A DNA stretch of 51,216 nucleotides from Fonticula alba ATCC 38817 (taxonomy: Eukaryota > Protista > Nucleariida): assembly GCA_000388065.2 (NCBI GenBank), contig KB932217.1, one strand, 5' to 3'. Positions 1-12,200 of the stretch are shown here, piece by piece (within the stretch, counting starts at the first letter, position 1; every line of letters starts with the position of its first letter). The notes under the pieces were generated by a model. That model saw only the letters and a list, made by a program, of their open reading frames with translations, was not told where the DNA came from and ran no database searches. A program made the position numbers and the translations under genes.

Positions 1-1
1 G

Positions 2-1455
2 CCGCAGCCGCCGGATGTCCTCATCCGCCAGGGCGTACTTCCGGAATGACGAACGCGAATCCCAAAGGTCCTCAGGCCATCCGAAGGAGGACGTCGCATC
101 CAACAAAGCTTGCAAGGGCATGCCGAGGTATTCACCTATCTCTTGCCCTGCTAGCATGGGCCGCAGTCCAGCCAGACCCTGGATCTCGGCTTCCAGGTTC
201 TGACTCAGCCCCGGCGCCAGCAGCTGCACATGCGTCCCCGGGCCGGACCCATGCGCCCGGGGGTCGAAGTATACCAGCCGATTGACCGCCGATGGCCCGG
301 CCGGCGCAGGGCTCGCCTCGCCCCCCGGCGACCCTTCACCCGGGGGGACCTGGTGCACTGGCGAAGTGGCCGGCAAGAAGCGCCGCGTGTACTCGCCCAG
401 CGTCAGCCGGCCCAAACCCTCCGGCCGGGTAGGTTGCCGCACCGGCCGCCCGTTGGAACGGGGTAGCACCACCCCCGGCTCGTAGTACCTGATGTACCAG
501 CGGAGCCGAGCGGCCGGCATCGCCAACTGCTTGGCCATGTCCCGGAGACTGTGCCGGCGTTCTTGCAACAGCNNNNNNNNNNNNNNNNNNNNNNNNNNNN
601 NNNNNNNNNNNNNNNNNNNNNNNNNNNNNNNNNNNNNNNNNNNNNNNNNNNNNNNNNNNNNNNNNNNNNNNNNNNNNNNNNNNNNNNNNNNNNNNNNNNN
701 NNNNNNNNNNNNNNNNNNNNNNNNNNNNNNNNNNNNNNNNNNNNNNNNNNNNNNNNNNNNNNNNNNNNNNNNNNNNNNNNNNNNNNNNNNNNNNNNNNNN
801 NNNNNNNNNNNNNNNNNNNNNNNNNNNNNNNNNNNNNNNNNNNNNNNNNNNNNNNNNNNNNNNNNNNNNNNNNNNNNNNNNNNNNNNNNNNNNNNNNNNN
901 NNNNNNNNNNNNNNNNNNNNNNNNNNNNNNNNNNNNNNNNNNNNNNNNNNNNNNNNNNNNNNNNNNNNNNNNNNNNNNNNNNNNNNNNNNNNNNNNNNNN
1001 NNNNNNNNNNNNNNNNNNNNNNNNNNNNNNNNNNNNNNNNNNNNNNNNNNNNNNNNNNNNNNNNNNNNNNNNNNNNNNNNNNNNNNNNNNNNNNNNNNNN
1101 NNNNNNNNNNNNNNNNNNNNNNNNNNNNNNNNNNNNNNNNNNNNNNNNNNNNNNNNNNNNNNNNNNNNNNNNNNNNNNNNNNNNNNNNNNNNNNNNNNNN
1201 NNNNNNNNNNNNNNNNNNNNNNNNNNNNNNNNNNNNNNNNNNNNNNNNNNNNNNNNNNNNNNNNNNNNNNNNNNNNNNNNNNNNNNNNNNNNNNNNNNNN
1301 NNNNNNNNNNNNNNNNNNNNNNNNNNNNNNNNNNNNNNGGCGGCCGGGGACCATACACCGGCCAGAGACCAGCCCCGCCGGGCCGCCACCGCCGTCGCCA
1401 ATGCCGGCGAGCCCCACGCACGCAGGGCTCGCATGGCCGTCCTTGAAGCCAACAT
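2..1455 (-). CDS. Partial hypothetical protein spanning an assembly gap; presequence-like N-terminus and HTH-like segment; runs off the left edge
   Basis: 571..2 is stop-free on the minus strand (LLQERRHSLRDMAKQLAMPAARLRWYIRYYEPG...ALADEDIRRLR) and is absent from the ORF track because it has no stop in the window. Before the gap, ATG at 1455 follows a pyrimidine tract and CAG and gives MLASRTAMRALRAWGSPALATAVAARRGW (Arg-rich, no acidic residues). Joining the two parts across the gap is an assumption. Confidence 0.5.
573..1338. other. Assembly gap (N run)
   Basis: Run of N in the sequence. Confidence 1.
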
Positions 1456-2087
1456 CTGATGAGACAGGTCGAGGGAGAAGGCGAGAAGAGGAGAAAGGCG
1501 CGTGCACACAGACAGAGAGAGGGAGACAGAGAGAGAGCGAGGGGGAGGGGGGAAACAGAGGTTGCCATGTGCCCCAAAACAGGCCCCCCCCCCGCCCCCG
1601 CGCATGCGCCCCCCACGCCCACAAATAGATCCCCACACATGGCCCCTCTCCCCAAAGAGCAGATCGGGGAGGGAGCCCAGCCCCAGCGAGCAGGAGCGCA
1701 TGCGCAAGGAGATCGCACGCCACTTCACAGGACACCGCAAACACAAACCCAAGGGAGGCCTCCCATCCAGCAACCCGTCCGTTGGCTGTCCGTCTCGCAC
1801 CATCAGATGATATAAATTCGCGTTTTCCTTCGAAGAAAGACATTATTGGCTAAGGCTCGCACATGATGTGCTAGAGCCACGCGCCCAGCAATGCCCGTCC
1901 GTCTTGCCATTCACCAGGACGTTAGACGTGGTTCTGTGCGCCCCCCCGCCAACCCGGCGCCGCCCTTCCCCGCGCCCCCTCGTCGCAGAAAGGCGGCCCT
2001 CCTTCGGCCTCCACCATAGTCGGCTGTCCGAGATGGCGAATGGCCCCCCCCCCCCCCCCCTTTGCGCCAGGACAACCGCATGCTCTC

Positions 2088-3034
2088 ATGCATGCAGCCT
2101 GTCTTCTTCGCCGCCGCTCCCTCGCTCGCCCCCAACTCCTGCACTCGCCTCCTGCTGCCCCCACGGTCAGCGGCGCGCACCACGCACCTCATGGGCCCGG
2201 CAGTGCGGCGCAGCATGGCGGATGCTGGCCGCGAGCGCCGCCCCCCCCCCCCCCCCTCCCCGGCATGCATGCAGACAGCCTGCCCGACGCCGAGCCCCTC
2301 CTGCCGATCACCTTCAACATGACGCTTCTCCTGAAGGCCGACATCCCGCGCGGGTCCGGCATCCTGGGCCAGGTGTTCTTGCTCCTGCACGCGACCATCC
2401 CTCCTGATGGCCGAGCCCCTCGATCGGGCCCACGGCCGCCGGGTGGCACATGCGATCCGCGCCGCGCCCGGCTGGCCCCCCGGCGCCGCCGAATCCAACC
2501 CCCCCCCCCGCATGAAGCCGCGCACGGGCTGCTCATCGCCCTCATGGACACCATCCTGGACCAGGTCGACTTCGACCAGGACCAGCCGCTTCTCCTGCTC
2601 CATGTCATCCCACTTGCCTGTGCGTGCTGCCCATCTCTCCTGCCGGACCCGAATCGGGCCCGAGTCGCGCTGACCCGCCCTCCCTGCCGTGTCCATGCCC
2701 GGCCACGCAGCTGCTGCCCTGCTGACGGCGGGCCCTCCCCACGCCGGGCAGCGTGCCCTGCCCAGGCTCTTCGGCCACGCCGGCAGCCCGTCGCATCCTT
2801 CCGAGCTGGCGGACATCGCCCGGGCTGTGGCCCGCCCTGCGCACGGTGCGCCCTGGCCTGGCGCCCCGGTTGCGCCTTCCTCTCGCGGGCCCGGCCGCCT
2901 CACTCGCTCCCCCCTGCCCGCGGCCGCCGGATCCGACCACTCGCCCCTCCCGGGCCTCGACGCCGGGGCACCAAGCCTGGCCCGGACATGGGCCCGGCCC
3001 CGGCAGCACCAACACGCGTGCCTGCTGGAAGTAG
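2088..3034 (+). CDS. Hypothetical multi-exon protein
   Basis: ATG 2088 (MHAACLLRRRSLAR). High-GC3 segment 2275-2619 (SLPDAEPLLPITFNMTLLLKADIPRGSGILGQVFLLLH...LLIALMDTILDQVDFDQDQPLLLLHVIPLA), GTGCG donor at 2620, CTGAC branch and CAG acceptor at 2710, phase-compatible exon 2711-2845, GTGCG donor at 2846. The 3' end is uncertain. Confidence 0.45.
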
Positions 3035-4513
3035 GACGTGTACGCCGAGTAGTCCCGGAAGGGGATGCACTCGGGGTCCCAGGTGGGCCCCTCTGCAGCC
3101 ATCAGGTATGTCTCCGGCGCGACCGGCGCCGACCCGGGGGCCAGATCTTGGAGATGCCCGATGCCGGGATGGCGGGGGGGGGGACTCGGCGCTCTCCTCG
3201 TCCGACGCCTCCGACCCCGGCCGGGCATGCTGCCCCGTGCCCTCGGTGGCCCCGGTCCTGCCTGGCTCGGGCCCGACACACGCCGCCGGCGGGCCGGCCA
3301 CGCACTGCGCGGTCTGCCCGGCCGGGGCGTAGTCCTCCATCGGGGCCCATGCTCGGAGGTGCCGACATGGGTCGACGCGCTGGCGGTCATGTTCCTCACG
3401 GGCACAGCGGGCAGCAGGATGGATGCGATACTGCGAAAAAAAAAAGAACAAAGAGGAAGGTCAGTGCTGGGGGGGTGCGGCGGAGGCGAAAGAAAGCAAT
3501 CGTCCGCACGGATGCCCGCCCCTCGCCAGATTTGTTCCCCTGCGCCCCGGCCGGAGGCACAGCCAGCCCATGACGCACCGCAGGGCGGGCCGGACGCCGA
3601 CCGCCGGCACCGAAAGCCCGGCCGGCGCCCCACTTGGCCCGCTGGGGGCCACCACACCGACCGTCTTTCGATGCTGGCCCCATCTTCGCAGCCGCATTGC
3701 CGCCGGGGGAGGGGGGTGGCGGCCGTCCCCGCCAGGCGTCCCCCAGCAATCGGGCCTGTCGGGGCACCGCGACCACTGGGCCGACCATCGCCGGCCCCCT
3801 GGGGGCGGAGGGGCCCACGCGTCCGGATGGCCGTCCCAGCACGCCCGGCGGTGCTTGCCCGCCTGGCTGCCAGAAATGCCGATTCCACATGTGGCCAAGG
3901 CCCGCCGGCCACGCCGCCGCGAGGATCCCACCTCCCCGGCACTCAGCCCAGAGGCCCGGGACCGATGTCGCTGCCGGACACGACTGGTCTTCTCACACGG
4001 CCTCCTTCGCCCTTTCCCTGGCCATGCCTCGCGCCGCGCAGACATACCCCGAGCAAGGCGGAAAGGCCCGTCCTGCCCGGGGCCCAACACACATCCAACG
4101 CCAGCCAGCCCGTGTCTGGATACATCCCCCCCCCCAAACGACCGGCACTCCGCCTGGCATGTCGCCGGGGCAATACCTTTGGCCATCCTCGGCGGGGCGC
4201 GGAACAGGCAGGCAGGTCCATCAGGGCCAGGGGCAGCGGAGGGCCGCCCGGCTCTCCTGCTCTCGGGCCTGGCACACGCTCGTACACCGACGGCTGGGGC
4301 CTGCCGGGGGGGGGAGGGGGGGGCCTCGCTTGCTGGCCGTCAACCGCCGGCCCGGCAAGAGCGCCAGCCGTGACCCCAGGCATCTCCCCCCCCCCGCCCC
4401 GCGCCCTCCGACCCGAGGGCTCCTGCGGGTCCCGGTCGGTGCTCTCCCCCCCCCGCACCTCGCGGGAACTGAACCAAGGGGAGTATCCGCAGGAGGGCCT
4501 GTTGAGGCCCCAT
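2950..4513 (-). CDS. Hypothetical multi-exon protein (boundaries uncertain)
   Basis: Candidate first exon 4513-4459 (MGPQQALLRILPLVQFPR) ends at a GTGCG donor. A T-rich acceptor lies near 3432. High-GC3 segment about 3120-3000 reads ETYLMAAEGPTWDPECIPFRDYSAYTSYFQQ. I could not assemble a full model. Confidence 0.3.
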
Positions 4514-5720
4514 ACTAAGGCACGCCGATCGCGGTGGGCCTGCCAACGACGGTGACCGACATGCGTGGCCCGGGGGGGCTTCGTCGCGCTCGGGCTCCCG
4601 GGCGCCGGGACATGGGGCGCCGAACGGAGGGGGGATACGCAGGGAAAAAACCCAAAACGAACGAATAATCAGCACGGCATTTTGTTGTGGCCGACCCGCG
4701 GTCTGACAGGGGCACCAGGGTCTGACCCGCATAGTCCCCCCCGCCCACAAACCATCTAAATAGTTGGCACGCGAGCCGATGTTCGAGGCCCCGATCGGTC
4801 CGCGTGCGCGCGCGCGCGCGCGCCAACCAACCGGGCAGCCCGCCCACCCCCCGCTGCCCGCACCATGATCTCTGCATTCGGCGCCCCCGCCTGCCCGGCA
4901 GGGGTGTCACCTCAGGGGTGGGCCCCTTGTTCCCAAATGAGGCGGGCCGCTCCGCCGGCAGGGGCCCATGCATCCGTGTTTGTGTGTGTGTCTTGGGGCA
5001 TGTTCCCGCATGCAGGCGGATGCATGTGGTCCGAGGAGAGGACCGGAGCAAGTGTCGCAGCAAGAGGCACATCGATGAAAAGGGCGAGGGCGCACACACA
5101 TCCAGCTCGGGAAAGAGTGCCACCTCCCCAACTCCCCGAAGGAAGTACGCCCCCCTTGCCCGCAGGCCGCAAATGTCATGCCTGGCCTCCGGGGCGGCCC
5201 CCCCCCCCCCCCCGGCCACTCGCGGTCGAGAAAGCTGCACAGGACCATTTGTCAGACCGCCGCCGGCGAGTCCCGCGGCGCGGGGGGCGTTCTCGACCCG
5301 GGCGCGAGCTTTGGCCGCTGCCTTTGCGCCGCCCTCTGCCGGCCGACCCGCGCACACACCATGCCCTGGCATCCCGCGGCTTGGACCCGTGCCGCCATCG
5401 AGCCGGACCCGCAGGCTGGGCAGGGGCCCCATGATCCGGTCCCGGCAGGCCACCGCCCAGGCGCACAGGTACCAGGTCCATGGCTGTCCAAGCATGCGAC
5501 TCCTGGCGCCGAGCCGGCACCCTCCCCCCACGTCCCACCCACGGCTCGGCCCGGGCCGGAGGCTGCATCATGCTTGCTTTCACGCGACAAGCCCTGACCC
5601 GCGTCCAGCCAGGCCGCTCAGGCGCAAGACCCCAGCCATCGGCCGGCAGATGCACGGGGGGGGGGGGGGGGGGGGGCAGGACGCCGGCGGGCTGCCTCGT
5701 ACCTCGGCCCGCTAGCCGAC

Positions 5721-5762
5721 CCAATCAGGGAATCCGCCCCCCTGGCCAGCAGGCATAAAAAA
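5721..5762 (+). promoter_or_regulatory. CCAAT, GC-box and TATA-like motifs in canonical order
   Basis: CCAAT 5721-5725, CCGCCCC 5734-5740, CATAAAAAA 5754-5762. Motif match only. Confidence 0.3.
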
Positions 5763-8304
5763 GCAACCTGCTTGCTGGCCGGCCCGCGCAGCGGCCCCAT
5801 CCCGCGAGAGGGACGGCTCCCTCGTGGGCATTCAGCTGGCCGGAAGCTCGGTGCCTCCAGGCGGCGGGCCTGCCCCTGGCAGGCACGCACCTGTCGTCGG
5901 CCCGTCCCCCTCCCCCGGCCGACCCTGGGGACTCGGTCAGCCCCGTGTGTGTGTGTGGGCGCACGCGAACGCATGGCCGGATCGGGGCCGCCGGACGCCC
6001 CGCCGGGCACATGCCCCCCTGAGGCTGGCCCGATCCAAGAGCCCCGCAGGGCGTTGGCCATTCGCTCGATTCTCCCCCGGGGCATGTGGCAGGCTGTGCC
6101 CCCTCCCCCCGCCCCCCTGAGAGCCGGCGGCCTCCTGCCGGCCGACGGCCAGGCCCGCGGCCGAGGCGCATTATTTGGTCCGACGCGCCGGCCGCGACGC
6201 CGGGCCGGCATCCGGGCAGCCGGCCCTTTGCACCATGCCCCGGGTGCCCTGCGCCATTCCGGAGGCCGTCGGCGCCTCGGATCCCGGCCAGCAAGTAGCC
6301 TGCCGGCCCCGGCACACGGGCCTGCGTGTCGATCCTTCCCCAGGCCCATGGCTGTACCGAGTTGATCGCACTGCCGCCGGCCCCCTCTCCCGGGCCCGGC
6401 TTCCTTCCGCATGGGGCGCCCGTGGCCCCGCGAGGAGTGCGGCGGCCCCCCGCCGGTCGCCGCCCTCGGCGTCCTGCCTGTCCGCTGGGCATCGGGCCGT
6501 TGCCAGCGCACGGCCCGAGTCCCCCACGGGTGCTTCGTTCCGTGCGTCGGCCTCGGCGGCGGCCGCACCGCCCCGGCCGGAAGGGCCAGGCATCCCCCCC
6601 CCTCCCAAAGCCGCGGCTGCCCGTACCCCGGCCTGTGCCCGACGCGCGGGGCGACTCCCAACCAGGAATGTGCGGCACAATGCCCCTCCCCCCGGGAGTG
6701 GGCAGGCAGACGAGTGTGGCTGCCCGGCGGCTTGCTCCTGTGACCGACGCCGTCGTTGCCCCTGTGCCCGCTCCCCCGGGTGGCCGGCACCGCCACGCTC
6801 AGGGCGCGGCTTTCAGCAGGAGGACACAGCGGGCGCGCGAATGTGTGCGCCCATCGGCCCTCCCCGTCCCCGGCCCGTCCGGTGCCCAGCTCACGCCGTC
6901 AGCTGCCGAATGCGCCCACAACCCATCGTGCCCGGGCCCCGGTAAGGGCCCAGCCACGCCACAGCGGCCCCATGCTGCCCGCACACCCGGGCGCCGGGGC
7001 CGCCGACTGACCCACTCCCGGGGATGGGCCTCGCACGGGTGCTCATGCGCGCGCCACCCTCGCCTGGGCTGCCCGTGCCAGCGCCCCTGTCGACCGATAC
7101 ACGGCAGCCAGCTCTACGCCAGGACCGTCCCCGGGCCGCTCACCCGCACCCAGCCCGCTCCCCCCACCCCCAGGCACGAGGAGATGGTCCGGGTCTCACA
7201 ACACACACACACACACACACAGCCAGGCCGGCATCGTCCGGCTGCACTCCCAGCCACGCCGCGTCCGGCTCCGGCCGGCTCCCGAGCCATGCTCAAGGTG
7301 CCGCCCACCCCCGCCCCCCCATGCCATCAGCCAGCTCACCGCTCGAACATGCCCCCGCCCCTGGCGGCACCCGAGCTCCAGGGCCCTGTTGCTCCCGGGC
7401 GGAATGCGCCCACCGGCAAGCAGGCGCCTGCTTCCCAGGGAGCAGAAGCGCCCCGGCGGCCCATGCGCACGCGCGCATGTCCTTCGCCCGGATCCCCGGC
7501 AACAGGGCGTCGCCGCTCGCGCACATCCACCCGCCCTCCCCGGTGGCCACCCGCGCCGCGCGTGCGCTTGCAACCAGCCCGGCCCTCCCGGCGAGGCGGC
7601 GTCGCTCATACCCTCATGGGCCCCTCCCCCAGACGCGGAGGTACGTCGACATGTGTAAGGGCCCGCCGAGGGGGTACAGCCCCTCCCGCCACACTGCCCG
7701 CGGCCGCCCCCTCGACAGACGGATTCCGCCCCGGCGGGGCAGCCAGTTGCCCCGATGGCCGGCCGGCCCGCGTCGCAAGGGTACCAGGCGCCGACGCGCC
7801 CCGGCCCGGGCCGCCAGCCCTCCTCACCGGCCTTCGCCCGCGGCGGCCTCCGTTCCGAATCCCGGGCCCGCGCCGGGCGGCCGGTCAACAGGCCCCCTGC
7901 GCATTCCCCCCCCCCCCCCCCCCGAGCGGAAGACGTCTCCTCCACAACCTCCTGCGAGGCAGTCACCCAGCCAGACCCGGCCAGCCCTGGACTCCCGCGA
8001 GCAACAGGCCGCCCCGGCGGCGCGCGTGCCGCGGGCAGCCGGCCACCAGGACCGGGCCCCTCGTCGCCCGGACTGCCAGACTGCCCATCGCCCCCCGCGG
8101 CGGCCACTCGAAAGCACCACGGGGGGCGGCTCCACCCCGGGCCGGGGCCGGCGTGTGCTCGGCGGCACGGGGCCCGCCGGACCAACTTCCGGCGCCGATG
8201 GCCCCTTCCCCCCCCCCCCCCCCCCGGGCCACACGCCCACCAGCGAGGGGGCAGAGCTTGCCTCGGCCGGGGCACGATGGCGGGCGGGCCCAAAAAAGGA
8301 ACAC

Positions 8305-8377
8305 TGGAGGCGGAGGGTATCGATCCCCCTGCCTGCCGCATGCTAAGCGGCCGCTCTACCATTTGAGCTACGCCCCC
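8305..8377 (-). tRNA. tRNA-Ala (AGC)
   Basis: GGGGGCGTAGCTCAAATGGTAGAGCGGCCGCTTAGCATGCGGCAGGCAGGGGGATCGATACCCTCCGCCTCCA; G3:U70 Ala identity pair, anticodon loop TTAGCAT, downstream T6 terminator. Confidence 0.97.
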
Positions 8378-10224
8378 TTGGTGGTGGCCTCCTCCCGGGA
8401 GCCCGCCTTCTTGTGGGTGTGCGCCATGCGCCGCGGGCCCTGGGCATGGCCGGCTGCTCGCCTGCGCGGGTCCGCATCCCCCATCCCCTCCCGCACACGG
8501 GGCTCCCCTCCTGGCTCGCGCCCGTCCGCCCCCCCTCGCCCGCCGCCGCTTCGCCCCCGGCCCCCGAGACAGCTGCACTGCCGCCTTTGGTGGCACGCGC
8601 GGCCCCGCGGCGGGTCCGCCACCGGTGCTGTCCCATGCGGCCGGACAGTCAGCCTGAGGCCGGGAGCCCGCGGCGCGACGCCCGGCCTGTGACAGCGCGG
8701 CGCCTCCTCCGCCGCCCGCTCCCCGGCGCGCGGGAGACACAGCCGGCCGGCAGGGGGCTGGCTCCTGCGCGCGTGCGACCAAAATAAAGAAAAGGCACGC
8801 GCCCCGCCCACGGCCCCATCTCCCGGGGAGACGCCTCCGATCCGGGAAACGAACCCGGGCCTCGCGCGTGGCAGGCGGGGCTCCTCGCCGCCAAAAACAA
8901 ATCGCGCCCGGTGCTGTGAGGGCCCATGCCTCGGGCCGCCGCGCGTCTCCTCGCGTGTCCCCACCTTGACCCCCGCCCATCCTCCGCCGCCGCCCCTTGC
9001 GGTGGCCGCTCCGCCATGTGACATCACCACGCCGGGCATGGCCACCTGTTGAGGAGACCCCGCCGCCGCCGCGCCTCGCTCCAGCCAAGCGGCATGCATG
9101 CCTCGAGGTGTCTTTGCCCCTTCCCTCCCCCCCCCGGCCCTGCTTCTCTCGGGGGCCCCAGCATCCTGGGGTGCGCCTCCCCGTGGGCGGCGCCGGCTGC
9201 CGGGCTTTCCCCCCTCCGGACTTGGCGCCTGTCTGCACGGAGGCCTGCCCCAGGGCCGAGACCCCTCCGGCCGTCTGCCGGGACACGGTCCCCAGGGGCC
9301 CCTGTCGCATCCGGAGGCCTGCCCACGCAGTGCGCTCCTCGCACATGGCACAGGCCCGGCCCCGGTGTTCCGCCTCGGGCCCCCCGGCGGGTCGGGCTCC
9401 CACCCCGCGCCCGGACAGGGCCGCACGCGCCTTGGCCGCCGGGTTGCCTGCACACGGACCCGGGCCTGGCCGTACGCGGGCCGGCTCAGCATGCTCGCCC
9501 GGCACCATCTTCCGGGCGCCGCCGAGGCCCCGTCCCCTCGACAGGCGGCCCCTTGCCCGGCCAGCCGTCCGCAGGCCGCCGCCCCGAGGCACCCGATCCC
9601 AAGCACGCGCGCCGGATGCATTGCCCAATGTCCCGCCCATGCAGGGGCCCCTCCTCGAGGGGGCCCCCGCGCCGGTCGCCCTCCCTGGCCGATGTGCCTG
9701 GTGACGCCGCCACCGGCCCGGCCCGCACGACCATCCCCAATCTCCCTGCCTCCCCCCCGCGCGCGCGCGCGCGCGCGCGTCCCCGCCTCCTGGGGCCCTC
9801 CCTCCGTAGCCTTGGCGCCTCGTCTCCCCGCAGGGCGCGCCTGCCTTCGTGTACATCCCCCTGGGGGACCAGCCTCGCGGAATGCGCCTCGCGTCGGTCC
9901 CACCCTCTCCCCAAAAGCCGAGCCGGAGTGCTGCCCCCTTCTCTGTGGGCGCCCGCTGCGGCTGCCGGGGGGGGGAGCCTCGCCACCCGGACGCCGGGCC
10001 CCGCACCGACAGCCAGGGCCGTCACGCCCTCGGCCCGCCCGGCCTCTCATTCGAAACGACCCCCCCCCCCCGCCCGGACGCCCGTCTGGTCCTCCAGGCG
10101 GCTCGGATGTCCGATCCCCCCCCCCCCCCGCCACCCCCCCACGAGGCCCGGGCCCATGTCTCGCCGAGCGGGTGCGCGCCTGCCAGGCGCCAACAATGCA
10201 CAGCGCGCGAGCAAAAAGTAGGTC

Positions 10225-10298
10225 TGACCATGATGCGGCTCGAACACACAACCTCCTGATCCGTAGTCAGGTGCTCTATCCAATTGAGCTACACGGCC
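10225..10298 (-). tRNA. tRNA-Arg (ACG)
   Basis: GGCCGTGTAGCTCAATTGGATAGAGCACCTGACTACGGATCAGGAGGTTGTGTGTTCGAGCCGCATCATGGTCA; anticodon arm CCTGA-CTACGGA-TCAGG, downstream T5. Confidence 0.96.
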
Positions 10299-11101
10299 AT
10301 GGAGGTGCACGGCCCACACGCCCATAAGTCCCTTCACAGGCACGAGCCGCCCGCGGTCGCCGGACGCCGCCGCCATCGCCCCGGACCCGGCACGCGACGG
10401 CCCGAAGCAACAGCCCTCGGCCCTGTCCCCCACGCACGAGCCGCCCCTCGGCATCGCACACCTGCGGCGCCCACCTTACACCGTCAAGTGTGCGCCCGGC
10501 CCCCCCTGGGCCCGGTGTGCACGCTTGCGCCCGATCCGCGCTCAGCCCAGGGGCCGCGCCACGGCACGCCATGCCCAGCAGACGCTGGCCACCGCACATG
10601 CGGTCACAGCATGGGATCGCATTCGGCCAGCTGCCCCCCCACCAACGCGCCCCGTCCCTCGGCCGCCACCACCCGGCGCCAGCCGCACCCACCCTTCGCG
10701 GAGCCGGCGGCCTTCCGACACACCGAGGACACCCCCCCCACCCCCCCTGGCGCTCGGCCCGGGTCCCCGGACCCCGGAGCGTGGTCTCCTGTCGGCGCAT
10801 GTGCCATCCCCATGGGCCCGGCAGTGGCTCCATTTTGGGCCCTTCCCGCGAATGGCGCAACCCCCTGATCGCCAGCTCCCCCGGGGCGCCTGCCCGTTGG
10901 CCGCCGGACGCACGGCGGCCGCATGCCCGCAAGCAACCTGCCTGACGCAGCGCCGGGCTGCCCAGCGCAACTTCGTTATTCACGGCTGCCGAGCGCCCCA
11001 CCGGCCCTTCCCGCCCCACCCCGACGCCACCCTGCCTGTGGTCGTCACATCCCTGTGGCATGCTCGAATCCGTGCGACCTATAGCCTCTTCCCTGGTTTT
11101 T

Positions 11102-11165
11102 GCCAACAGGTCCCTCCGCCAACAGGTCCCTCCGCCAACAGGTCCCTCCGCCAACAGGTCCCTCT
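11102..11165. repeat. 16-bp tandem repeat, 4 copies, followed by degenerate copies
   Basis: GCCAACAGGTCCCTCC x3 plus GCCAACAGGTCCCTCT, head to tail with no spacers. Confidence 0.9.
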
Positions 11166-11764
11166 GCCACAGAAGGCCCTTCGCCAAAGTCCCGCCCCGT
11201 GTATCCCCCCCCCCTCCCTCCGACCATCGGCGTGCTCTGGCATGCTTGCAACAAGGCAACCCCCCCTCCCGCGCCCCATCCAAAGTTCCCCCGCTGGCCA
11301 AAGGTCGCCCGCTCAGAGTGCCGTACCCTGGCCCGTCCTCCCCGAGCCTTTGGCCCATGCCGCACCTGGCTGCACTCGCCCCGTCCGACGGCCCCGCCAT
11401 CCGGGGGACCCCCTCCCCGCTCTCGAGGCGGCACCGCCCTAGCCAGACGCCCACAGGGCGATGGCGCCGTCTGAGGCACGCCGCCCGGGGTCTGGGCCTG
11501 CCCCCCCCCCCTCCCGCCCCTGCACACGGTCCATGACGCCCATCGAGCGCCGCGGGAGGCAACGGCCCGCCCGCGCCCCTCGTCCTCTTCCCTTCGAGGG
11601 CGGCCAAAAAGCCCCGCGCCTCGGGCAAAATGCCTGCCAGGCATGGCGTCGCTTTGGCCCCGGTGTTCTCTCCCCATCCCGGCCCCCCCCCCCCTCCCAT
11701 GCCGGGATGGGGTCGGATGTGGATCGCTCCCGGACGCACCCCCTCCGCGCAACAGGCAAAAATG

Positions 11765-11846
11765 CATCACCGGCAGGATTTGAACCTACGCGGGCAGAGC
11801 CCATCCGATTTCTAATCGGACTCCTTAACCACTCGGACACGGTGAT
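11765..11846 (-). tRNA. tRNA-Ser (AGA)
   Basis: ATCACCGTGTCCGAGTGGTTAAGGAGTCCGATTAGAAATCGGATGGGCTCTGCCCGCGTAGGTTCAAATCCTGCCGGTGATG; long variable arm, G discriminator, downstream T run. Confidence 0.97.
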
Positions 11847-12200
11847 GTGACGGTGACCGGCGCGCCGGGGCCCATGGCCTTTTTGCATCTGCCCAGCCCC
11901 GGGGGCCTCGCCGCCACGGCAGGCCTCCCGACCCGGCCCTCGCACACCCCAAGCCCCGGCTCGGCCTGGCCCCGGGGAAACCACCCCAGGTGAGCAGCTC
12001 GCCGCCGGCCCCTGCCCCCCCCCCCCACCCACCCACCCAGCGGGCCAGACATGGCGGAGGGACAGCCCGGAAAGGTGTATTCCGAAAAGCCAGCGTCGGA
12101 CGGCTCGGCGCAATTGCACGCACGAGGCCCAAATACACACATACACACAGACACACACACACATACGACCGGCCAGCATCATGCCACGGTGCATGGCGGC

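Noticed and set aside
4645-4762. Possible small Pol III or box C/D RNA (two GGTCTGAC copies, T runs, TATTTA upstream on the minus strand)
   Set aside because: No box C, no A/B box and no resemblance to snRNAs I know; more simply the promoter and 5' UTR of the weak minus-strand gene starting near 4513. An Rfam scan would settle it.
11040-11101. Hairpin containing CTCGAATCC followed by a T run, resembling a tRNA fragment
   Set aside because: No D arm or anticodon arm and the B box is imperfect.
11102-11197. Possible CRISPR array
   Set aside because: Units are contiguous with no unique spacers, there are no cas genes, and the context is eukaryotic.
4800-11700. Long ORFs in the track such as 6326-8692, 7196-10006, 8368-10251 and 10276-11739
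   Set aside because: Arg/Pro/Gly/Ala-rich, no codon bias or domain motifs, and they read through tRNA genes; expected from stop-codon scarcity at this GC content.
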